From the NCBI RefSeq assembly GCF_012570145.1, contig NZ_CP046206.1, positions 32,324 to 64,323 of the forward strand: a stretch of DNA of 32,000 nt, read 5' to 3'. This document shows, in pieces, positions 21,014 through 28,897 of this stretch; the first letter of the stretch is position 1; each line of letters opens with the position of its first letter. The translations under genes were made by a program, and so were the position numbers. Origin of the DNA: Enterobacteriaceae endosymbiont of Donacia provostii. GTDB taxonomy: Bacteria; Pseudomonadota; Gammaproteobacteria; Enterobacterales; Enterobacteriaceae. Under the pieces are notes generated by a model. It searched no databases and was not told the DNA's origin. It saw nothing but the letters and a program-made list of their open reading frames with translations.

Positions 21014-21958
21014 ATGAATATAAATAATATATGTAATAAAATTTCTTTAAAAATAAAAAAAAGTGAATATAATAAATTAATTACTAAATCTACAAATTTA
21101 GCAATTTTATTATCTACTACATTACTATTGTTAAAATTATTAGCTTGGTGGGGGACTAAATCTATAAGTATGTTAACAGCATCTGTAGATTCATTAATTG
21201 ATATTGCGTCTTCAACAATTAATTTATTAATTATATATTATTCTTTACAACCAGCAGATTCAGAACATACCTTTGGTCATGGTAAAGCAGAATCATTATC
21301 TGCTTTAGCTCAAAGTATTTTTATTTGTGGAACAGCAATATTTTTATTTTTAAATAGCATATATTATATATATCATCCTGTTAAAATATATTATCCAATA
21401 ATAGGAATTTTTGTTATTATTATTTCATTTCTTTTAACTTTAATATTAGTAATTTTTCAAAAAAAAGTAATAAAAAAAACAAATAGTCAAGCAACTCATG
21501 CTGATATGATTCATTATGAATCAGATATATTAATTAATACTGCAATTTTATTAGCTTTAATATTAAATATTTTTAATGTCAAACAAGCAGATTCTCTTAT
21601 AGCGTTAATTATTAGTATATTTATTTTTTATAATTCTTTTAAAGTAGGATATAAAGCCATACAATCTTTATTAGATCGATCATTACCAGATAATGAAAAA
21701 AAAATTATAATAGATTTAATAAAATTTTGGCCTAAAGTAAAAGGAGCACATTTATTAAAAACAAGACAATCAGGTCCTACTCGTTTTATACAACTTCATT
21801 TAGTATTAGAAGATAATTTACCTTTATTAGAATCACATTCAATTGCAAAAAAAATAGAAAATGCTTTACATAAAAAATTTCCTTATTCAGATATAATTAT
21901 ACATCAAGATCCGTATTCTATTGTATCTAAAAAATATAAAGGTTTTTTTAAAAAATAA
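21014..21958 (+). CDS. fieF: cation-diffusion-facilitator Fe/Zn efflux transporter FieF (YiiP)
   Basis: 314-aa ORF colinear with E. coli FieF (SVDSLIDI, YSLQPADSEHTFGHGKAESL, HADMIHYESD, QSLLDRSLPD, RQSGPTRFIQLHL, IIHQDP). It lies immediately upstream of pfkA, as in E. coli. Confidence 0.88.
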   Translation: MNINNICNKISLKIKKSEYNKLITKSTNLAILLSTTLLLLKLLAWWGTKSISMLTASVDSLIDIASSTINLLIIYYSLQPADSEHTFGHGKAESLSALAQSIFICGTAIFLFLNSIYYIYHPVKIYYPIIGIFVIIISFLLTLILVIFQKKVIKKTNSQATHADMIHYESDILINTAILLALILNIFNVKQADSLIALIISIFIFYNSFKVGYKAIQSLLDRSLPDNEKKIIIDLIKFWPKVKGAHLLKTRQSGPTRFIQLHLVLEDNLPLLESHSIAKKIENALHKKFPYSDIIIHQDPYSIVSKKYKGFFKK

Positions 21959-21981
21959 TTATTAATCAAATTATATATTTT

Positions 21982-21985
21982 GAGG
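21982..21985 (+). promoter_or_regulatory. Shine-Dalgarno-like GAGG 6 nt upstream of the pfkA ATG
   Basis: The sequence reads ttGAGGtattttATG. G-rich tetramers are rare in this sequence, and the spacing is canonical. Confidence 0.45.
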
Positions 21986-21991
21986 TATTTT

Positions 21992-22954
21992 ATGATTCAA
22001 AAAATTGGCGTTCTTACAAGTGGGGGAGATGCACCTGGTATGAATGCAGCTATAAGAGGTGTTGTTAGAACTGCTATTAGTTATAATATTGAAGTATTTG
22101 GAATATATAATGGTTATATAGGATTATATAATAATGATATTATTAAACTTAATAGATATAGTGTTTCTGATATTATTAATAAAGGAGGTACTTTTTTAGG
22201 ATCAGCACGGTTTCCTCAATTTAAAAATAAGAAAATACGTTCTATTGCTATTAATAATATGAAAAAACATGGAATTAGTGCATTAGTTGTAATTGGTGGA
22301 GATGGTACTTATATGGGAGCTAAATTATTAACTGAAATGGGTTTCCCCTGTATTGGTATACCAGGTACAATAGATAATGATGTTGTTGGTACTGATTATA
22401 GTATTGGTTATTTTACAGCTTTAGAAACTATAGTACAAGCAATAGATAAATTAAGAGATACTTCTACTTCTCATCAAAGAATTTCTATAATAGAAATTAT
22501 GGGTAGAAATTGTGGAGATTTAACTTTAGCTGCGGCCATAGCAGGTGGTTGTGAATTTATTGTTTTACCAGAAATTTATTATAATCAAGATGATTTAGTT
22601 AAAGAAATTAAATCGGGAATAGAAAAAGGTAAAAAACATGCAATAGTATTGATTACAGAATTTATTTGTGATATTAATAAACTAGCAAGTTTTATTCAAA
22701 GAAAAACTAAACGTGAAACAAGAACTACAGTTTTAGGATATCTTCAAAGAGGGGGATCTCCTGTAGCATATGATCGTATTTTAGGATCTAGAATGGGTTC
22801 TTATTCGGTAGAACTTTTATATAAAGGATATAAAGGTAGATGTATAGGTACTCAAAACGATAAAATGGTACATCATGATATTATAGATGCTATTTTAAAT
22901 ATGAAAAAAATTTTTAAAAATGATTTATTAAATACTGCTAAAAAATTATATTAA
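21992..22954 (+). CDS. pfkA: ATP-dependent 6-phosphofructokinase
   Basis: The ORF track begins at a TTG at 21980. The ATG at 21992 gives [23 protein letters not shown], colinear with E. coli [40 protein letters not shown] and [10 protein letters not shown] are present, and the C-terminal ..AKKLY is identical to E. coli. Confidence 0.96.
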   Translation: MIQKIGVLTSGGDAPGMNAAIRGVVRTAISYNIEVFGIYNGYIGLYNNDIIKLNRYSVSDIINKGGTFLGSARFPQFKNKKIRSIAINNMKKHGISALVVIGGDGTYMGAKLLTEMGFPCIGIPGTIDNDVVGTDYSIGYFTALETIVQAIDKLRDTSTSHQRISIIEIMGRNCGDLTLAAAIAGGCEFIVLPEIYYNQDDLVKEIKSGIEKGKKHAIVLITEFICDINKLASFIQRKTKRETRTTVLGYLQRGGSPVAYDRILGSRMGSYSVELLYKGYKGRCIGTQNDKMVHHDIIDAILNMKKIFKNDLLNTAKKLY

Positions 22955-22982
22955 TTAATTAATTAGAATTGAGACATAAAAT

Positions 22983-23276
22983 ATGCATAAAATAAAATTT
23001 TCAAAAAGAATCAAAACAGGAAAAAGTTTTAGTAGACGTTTAAGAAAAAAAGATAAAATTCCTTCAGTAATATACGGAAAAAATATAAAAAATATACTTA
23101 TTATTATAAATAATAATGATTTAATTAATATTAAATTAGAAGAGTTTTTTAAAAAAAAAAAAACACTTAATTTAAGTGATGAAAAAAATAATTTATTTAA
23201 AGTTCAAATTATAGATATTCAATATCATCCTTTTAAAATTAATAGATTATATCATATAGATTTTTTAATAAAATAA
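22983..23276 (+). CDS. rplY: 50S ribosomal protein L25
   Basis: 97-aa ORF, similar in length to short-form enterobacterial L25. GKSFSRRLRKKDKIPSVIYG corresponds to E. coli [20 protein letters not shown], and it ends ..HIDFLIK against E. coli ..HIDFVRA. Confidence 0.85.
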   Translation: MHKIKFSKRIKTGKSFSRRLRKKDKIPSVIYGKNIKNILIIINNNDLINIKLEEFFKKKKTLNLSDEKNNLFKVQIIDIQYHPFKINRLYHIDFLIK

Positions 23277-23359
23277 TAAATATATATTAACATTTAAATT
23301 TATAAAATTATTTTTTTATATATAAATTATTTAATTTATTTGTACAAAATTTTATTATT

Positions 23360-24136
23360 TTATATTTTTAATACATGTTTCATATTATACATACCAGCTG
23401 GTTTTTTATAAATCCAAATAGCAGCTTTGATTGAACCTTCTGCAAATGGTTTTCTATTGGAAACATTATGAATTAATTCAATTTGTTCTCCAATAAAAGA
23501 AAATAAAATACTATGTTCTCCATATAAATCTGAAGCTCGAATAGAATGACATTTAATATTTTTTAAAATATTAAATTTTTTATAAGTTCTTATTATAATA
23601 TTTTTTAATGATAAAGCTGTCCCAGAAGGTGAATCTATTTTATTTTTATGATGTTTTTCTATTATATCTATATCCATAGAATTTTTTAAATTATTTTTAC
23701 AAATAATTTTTGTTATTTTTTCTAAAATTTGTAATAAAATATTAATACCTAAACTAAAATTAGAAGATAAAATAATAGATATATTTTTTGATGTTTCTTT
23801 TATTATTGATTTTTGTTTTTTATTAAAACCTGTAGTACCAATTATAATTTTTTTATTATATATTTTACATATATTAAGATTTTTCATTGTTGATTCAGGA
23901 TTAGTAAAATCTATTAAAACATCAAAATCATTTATAATATCAATTAAATTAGATTTAATATTTAAAGTATTAGATTTATAAATAATTGTTTTTTTTTTTT
24001 TTAAATTAGATAATTTTTCTATAACTCCATTTAAAGAAATATTTTTTGTAACTTTATTATTTAATATTTCTAAAATACTTTTACCCATACGACCATTAAT
24101 ACCTGCTATAGCTAAACGAATATAATTTTTATTCAT
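23360..24136 (-). CDS. dapB: 4-hydroxy-tetrahydrodipicolinate reductase
   Basis: 258-aa ORF with IRLAIAGINGRMG (NAD(P)-binding), IGTTGF, EKHHKNKIDSPSGTAL and GEHSILF. Confidence 0.92.
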   Translation of the reverse strand: MNKNYIRLAIAGINGRMGKSILEILNNKVTKNISLNGVIEKLSNLKKKKTIIYKSNTLNIKSNLIDIINDFDVLIDFTNPESTMKNLNICKIYNKKIIIGTTGFNKKQKSIIKETSKNISIILSSNFSLGINILLQILEKITKIICKNNLKNSMDIDIIEKHHKNKIDSPSGTALSLKNIIIRTYKKFNILKNIKCHSIRASDLYGEHSILFSFIGEQIELIHNVSNRKPFAEGSIKAAIWIYKKPAGMYNMKHVLKI

Positions 24137-24171
24137 AAAATAATAAACCTGTAAAATATACTATTTTTATA

Positions 24172-24645
24172 TTAAAAAATAATATATTTTTTTAATATAA
24201 AAATAAAACCAATAAAAATTAAGATATCTGCAAAATTAAAAATAGGTAACTGATAATCTAAAATATGTATATTAATAAAATCTATTACAAAACCATAATA
24301 AATTCTATTAATTAAATTACCTAATATACCACTAATTATTAAATTATATGATAACTGAATATTTTGATTTGTAAAAGAAAATCTAATATAAATCAAAAAT
24401 ACTATACTTAGAATAATTAAAAAATAAATAATAATTTTATTTTTTTTAAAAAAACCTAAATTTATACCATAATTTTGTATATAAATAAAATTTATATAAT
24501 CATTTACATAAAAAGATTCATGTAATTTTATATTTTTAATAATTAAAAATTTACTTAAAATATCTATTATTATTAATAATATAATATAAATATTAAATAT
24601 TTTTTTTTTTTTAAAAAATTTAAATAAACAAACGTTTTTCTCCAT
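24172..24645 (-). CDS. lspA: lipoprotein signal peptidase (signal peptidase II)
   Basis: 157-aa hydrophobic ORF directly downstream of ileS, as in E. coli. It has the IIDILSKFLI, NYGINLGFF and FNFADILI motifs, including the catalytic Asp contexts. The only ATG start (24645) lies 26 nt inside ileS. Confidence 0.88.
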   Translation of the reverse strand: MEKNVCLFKFFKKKKIFNIYIILLIIIDILSKFLIIKNIKLHESFYVNDYINFIYIQNYGINLGFFKKNKIIIYFLIILSIVFLIYIRFSFTNQNIQLSYNLIISGILGNLINRIYYGFVIDFINIHILDYQLPIFNFADILIFIGFIFILKKYIIF

Positions 24646-27406
24646 TTCCTATAGTATTTAATTGACAACGGTTACAAATATTATTAATTATGTATTTTGA
24701 GTGATACCAACAACGTTGGCATTTTAAATATTTTGATTTAATAATTGTAAATTTTTGTATTAATTTACTGTTAATAACTTTTTTTTCTAAAAAAATTTTA
24801 ATGTTAGAAATTAATAATAAAAAACGTAATTCTGATCCTAATAAAATTAATTTATTATAAATATCTTTTTTTACAAAAACAGTTAAATCAACTTCTAAAG
24901 AACTTTTAATTATTTTTTGATTTCTTGCTAATTCAATAATTTGATTAATTTCATTTTTAAAATGAAAAATATCATTCCAGTATTCATAATTCATAATATC
25001 TTTAGACGAAATATAAAATAAATTAGAATACCATTCTTCTGTAAAAATATATTTACTTCTTAAACCAGGAATATAATTCCAAACTTCATGAGCTGTAAAT
25101 GATAAAATTGGAGCAATCCATCTAACTAAAGATTCTAAAATCATATATAAAGCAGTTTGACAACTTAATCTTTCTAAACTACATTTTTTAAATGTATATT
25201 GTCTATCTTTGATTATATCAAAATACACAGAACCTAAATCTATAGAACAAAATTGTATTATTTTTTTAACAATATTTTTTATATTATAAATCCGATAATA
25301 TTTTATAATTTTATTTTGTATAACTTTTGTTCTATTAATAATCCATTTGTCTAAAATTATCATTTTATCAGGTTTTATAATATTAATATTTGGTTCAAAA
25401 TCATATAGATTTGATAATAAAAATCTTATTGTATTACGAATACGTCTATAACTTTCAGTAGTTCTTTTTAAAATATCGTTAGATATATTAATTTCATTTG
25501 AATAATCTGTAGAAGCTACCCATAATCTAAGAATGTCACTACCTAAATTATTAATAATATCTTGAGGTTTAATAATATTACCTAAAGATTTAGACATTTT
25601 TTTACCTTGACTATCTACAGTAAATCCGTGACTTAAAACAGTTTTATAAGGAGGATGATTGTTAATAATTAATGAAATAATTAATGATGATATAAACCAT
25701 CCTCGATATTGATCTGTTCCTTCTAAATACATATTAATAGTACAATTTTTAAACTGTTTAATGTGTTTTATAATTGAATTATAAGTAGAACCAGAATCAA
25801 ACCATACATCTAAAATATCAGTAACTTTTTCATAAAAAATATAATCATTACCTAAAAATTTTTCAATATTTAAATCCCACCATGCTTGTATACCATTTTT
25901 TTCAATCATACAAGCTATTTTTTCAATAAATTCTAATGTATTATCATGTATTTTTTGTGTTTTTTTATTAATAAATAAAGGTATTGGAATCCCCCAAATT
26001 CTTTGTCTAGAAATACACCAATCAGGTCTTTTATCTAACATAATAGACATTCTTTTATATCCCCAATCAGGAATCCATTTTACTTTTTTTATTGATTGTT
26101 TTATTAATTTTCTAAAATTATTTTTATCTATATTTATAAACCACTGTGGAGTAGATATATAAATAATTGGTATTTTATGACGCCAACAATAAGGATATTT
26201 ATGTGTATAATTATCTACTATAAATAGTGCATTTTTCTTTTTTAAAATATCAAATATTATTTTTTGTGAGTGAAAAACATTTATATTATTTAATTTAGGA
26301 TGAATATTTTTGATAAAAAATCCTTTTTTATCTATAATATTTTTTATACATTTTATATTATATTTATTACATATATTATAATCATCTAGTCCATGATTAG
26401 GAGCTATGTGAACAATACCAGTACCTGAACTTTCAGAAGCATAATTATCTATAATTAAATATGAAAGTTTATTATTAAAAGGATTATATATTGATAAATT
26501 TTTAAAATTTTTTCCTTTAATTTCTCCTAAAATTTTCCAATTTGTAATATTTGTTTTATTCATAACAATATTAGTTGATTTTTTTGATATAATGATAATA
26601 TCTTTATCAATTTGAATTAATTGATAATATATTTTTGGATTTATAACAATTGCTTGATTAGCTGGTAATGTCCATGGAGTAGTAGTCCATATTAAAAAAG
26701 AGATATTATTATATTTTTCTTTTAAATTTAAAATATTTTTTAAAAAATTATTGTTTATAACAGTAAATTTAATATAACAAGTAAGTATATTTTTTTTAAT
26801 ATAATTAACTTCTGCCTCTGCTAAAGAAGAAAGACATTCTGTACACCAAAATACAGGTTTTTTACCTTTATATATATAATTATTTTTAATAATTTTACCT
26901 AAAGTACGTATAATATTTGCTTCTGTTATAAAATCCATTGTTAAATAAGGATGTAACCAATCAGCTAAGATTCCTAATCTTATAAAATCTTTTTTTTGTT
27001 TAGAAATTTGTTTTAAAACATATTTTCGACATTCAATTCTAAATTGTTTTTTAGAAATATTTTTTTTATTTTTTAAGATTTTTTCTACTTGTTGTTCTAT
27101 AGGTAAACCATGACAATCCCATCCAGGAATAAAAGGAGTATAATAACCATCCATATTTTTAGCTTTTAAAATAATATCTTTTAAAATTTTATTAAAAGCA
27201 TGTCCAATATGGATATCACCATTTGCATAAGGTGGACCATCATGTAAAATAAATTTTTTTTTATTTTTTTTTTTATCTAAAATTTTTTCATATAAATTAT
27301 CTTTCTGCCATTGTTTTAATATTATTAACTCATTAACTACTAAATTAGCTTTCATTGGAAATTTTGTTTTTGGTAAATTTAATTGTAATTTATTTTTTAT
27401 ATTCAT
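24620..27406 (-). CDS. ileS: isoleucine--tRNA ligase
   Basis: 928-aa ORF with HIGH (PYANGDIHIGHAFNK), KMSKS (KKMSKSLGN), and a C-terminal Zn-finger CQRCW...CNRC..GEKRLFI that matches the E. coli end ..GEKRKFA. Confidence 0.97.
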   Translation of the reverse strand: MNIKNKLQLNLPKTKFPMKANLVVNELIILKQWQKDNLYEKILDKKKNKKKFILHDGPPYANGDIHIGHAFNKILKDIILKAKNMDGYYTPFIPGWDCHGLPIEQQVEKILKNKKNISKKQFRIECRKYVLKQISKQKKDFIRLGILADWLHPYLTMDFITEANIIRTLGKIIKNNYIYKGKKPVFWCTECLSSLAEAEVNYIKKNILTCYIKFTVINNNFLKNILNLKEKYNNISFLIWTTTPWTLPANQAIVINPKIYYQLIQIDKDIIIISKKSTNIVMNKTNITNWKILGEIKGKNFKNLSIYNPFNNKLSYLIIDNYASESSGTGIVHIAPNHGLDDYNICNKYNIKCIKNIIDKKGFFIKNIHPKLNNINVFHSQKIIFDILKKKNALFIVDNYTHKYPYCWRHKIPIIYISTPQWFINIDKNNFRKLIKQSIKKVKWIPDWGYKRMSIMLDKRPDWCISRQRIWGIPIPLFINKKTQKIHDNTLEFIEKIACMIEKNGIQAWWDLNIEKFLGNDYIFYEKVTDILDVWFDSGSTYNSIIKHIKQFKNCTINMYLEGTDQYRGWFISSLIISLIINNHPPYKTVLSHGFTVDSQGKKMSKSLGNIIKPQDIINNLGSDILRLWVASTDYSNEINISNDILKRTTESYRRIRNTIRFLLSNLYDFEPNINIIKPDKMIILDKWIINRTKVIQNKIIKYYRIYNIKNIVKKIIQFCSIDLGSVYFDIIKDRQYTFKKCSLERLSCQTALYMILESLVRWIAPILSFTAHEVWNYIPGLRSKYIFTEEWYSNLFYISSKDIMNYEYWNDIFHFKNEINQIIELARNQKIIKSSLEVDLTVFVKKDIYNKLILLGSELRFLLLISNIKIFLEKKVINSKLIQKFTIIKSKYLKCQRCWYHSKYIINNICNRCQLNTIGNGEKRLFI

Positions 27407-27490
27407 AATTTTTTATTTTAATTTTTTTTAGAAATATAAATTTTTTATTTTATTTATTTAAGATAATTCTATATAATATTATTTTATGTA

Positions 27491-27514
27491 AATATTTCAT
27501 TTATATGAAATATT
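27491..27514. repeat. 10-bp inverted repeat (aatatttcat-ttat-atgaaatatt) 30 nt upstream of the rpsT start
   Basis: The arms at 27491-27500 and 27505-27514 are exact reverse complements. The repeat lies in the divergent ileS/rpsT spacer. Confidence 0.7.
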
Positions 27515-27544
27515 ATAAATATAATTATTATTGAATAATACTAT

Positions 27545-27811
27545 ATGGCTAATATAAAATCATCTAAAAAAAGAATTTTGAAATCAGAAAAAAAAAGAAA
27601 AAATAATATCAAATATCGTTCCATGTTAAAAACTTATATTAAAAAAGTTAATAATGCAATATTAGAAAAAAATATTACATTATCTAAAAAAACATTTATA
27701 AAAATGCAGTCTTTGATAGATAAACAAGTAAAAAAAAATTTAATTCATAAAAATAAAGCTTCTCGTTATAAATCTAAAATTTATAATAAAATCATAAAAA
27801 TTAGTAATTAA
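27545..27811 (+). CDS. rpsT: 30S ribosomal protein S20
   Basis: 88-aa basic ORF. MANIKSSKKRILKSEKKRKNN resembles E. coli [21 protein letters not shown]. It is divergent from ileS, as in E. coli. Confidence 0.9.
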   Translation: MANIKSSKKRILKSEKKRKNNIKYRSMLKTYIKKVNNAILEKNITLSKKTFIKMQSLIDKQVKKNLIHKNKASRYKSKIYNKIIKISN

Positions 27812-27841
27812 TCAAATTAATAGGTATTTATATAGTAATTT

Positions 27842-28156
27842 ATGCCAATAACTTTAACAAATAAAGCAGCAAAAAAAATAAAAACTATAAATCATGAAAA
27901 TATAAATTTTAGAGTATTTATTATAGGAGGAGGTTGTAGCGGTTTTAAATATGATTTCATATTAGATAAAAAAATAAAAAAACATGATCTTTTAATAAAA
28001 TCATTAGGTGTAAATATTATTATTGATGAAATCAGTTTACAATATTTATCAGGTAGTATAATTGATTATACTGAAAGTATAGAAGAATCAAAATTTATTA
28101 TTAAAAATACATATTTTAAAAATAAGTGTAATTGTGGTTATTCTTTTGATATCTAA
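27842..28156 (+). CDS. erpA: A-type iron-sulfur cluster carrier ErpA (YadR)
   Basis: 104-aa ORF. GGGCSGFKYDF and the C-terminal CNCGYSFDI match E. coli ErpA GGGCSGFQYGF and CGCGSSFSI. All three conserved Cys are present. Confidence 0.87.
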   Translation: MPITLTNKAAKKIKTINHENINFRVFIIGGGCSGFKYDFILDKKIKKHDLLIKSLGVNIIIDEISLQYLSGSIIDYTESIEESKFIIKNTYFKNKCNCGYSFDI

Positions 28157-28191
28157 AATCAAAAGATCTATCTTTAGAAGGAAAAAAATAT

Positions 28192-28890
28192 ATGTCTAAT
28201 ATGAGACTAGTTTTATTACGTCACGGGGAAAGTGAATGGAATAAAAAGAATTTATTTACTGGGTGGCAAGATGTTTCCTTATCTAAGGAGGGTGAAATTG
28301 AAGCAAAACAAGCTGGAAAAATTTTAAAAAAAAATAATTTTAAATTTAATTATGCGTATACATCGTTTTTAAAAAGAGCTATATGTACTTTATGGTTAAC
28401 TCTTAAAGAGTTAAATCAATTATGGATTCCTGTAAAAAAAACATGGAGATTAAATGAAAGACATTATGGAAAATTACAGGGGATAAATAAAAATCAAGCT
28501 GCAAAAAAATTTGGTATAGAAAAAGTACAACAATGGAGACGAAGTTTTAATATATCACCCCCCCCTCTCTCTAGAGATGATTTAAGATGGCCTAGATTTG
28601 ATGAAAAATATTCTCATTTAGAAGATTCCCAATTACCTCTTACAGAAAGTTTATATATAACCTTAAAAAGAGTTATATATATATGGAACCATCATATATC
28701 TCCTAAAATTATGAATAAAGAAAGTATTTTAATTGTTGCTCATGGTAATTCATTAAGAGCATTAATTAAACATATAGAAAATATAAATGATAAAGATATT
28801 ATTAATTTAGATATAGCAACAGGAATACCTATTATTTATGAATTTGATAATAATTTAAATTATATTAATAAATATTATTTAAATAATTAA
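28192..28890 (+). CDS. gpmA: 2,3-bisphosphoglycerate-dependent phosphoglycerate mutase
   Basis: 232-aa ORF with LVLLRHGESEWNKKNLFTGW, RLNERHYG, AHGNSLRAL, and a C-terminus YEFDNNL...KYYL that resembles E. coli. An AAGGA Shine-Dalgarno-like element lies upstream. Confidence 0.95.
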   Translation: MSNMRLVLLRHGESEWNKKNLFTGWQDVSLSKEGEIEAKQAGKILKKNNFKFNYAYTSFLKRAICTLWLTLKELNQLWIPVKKTWRLNERHYGKLQGINKNQAAKKFGIEKVQQWRRSFNISPPPLSRDDLRWPRFDEKYSHLEDSQLPLTESLYITLKRVIYIWNHHISPKIMNKESILIVAHGNSLRALIKHIENINDKDIINLDIATGIPIIYEFDNNLNYINKYYLNN

Positions 28891-28897
28891 TTAAATT

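Noticed and set aside
21980-21991. TTG start for pfkA given by the ORF track (MRYF extension)
   Set aside because: The ATG at 21992 is colinear with the E. coli PfkA N-terminus. The supposed extra codons contain the GAGG Shine-Dalgarno element.
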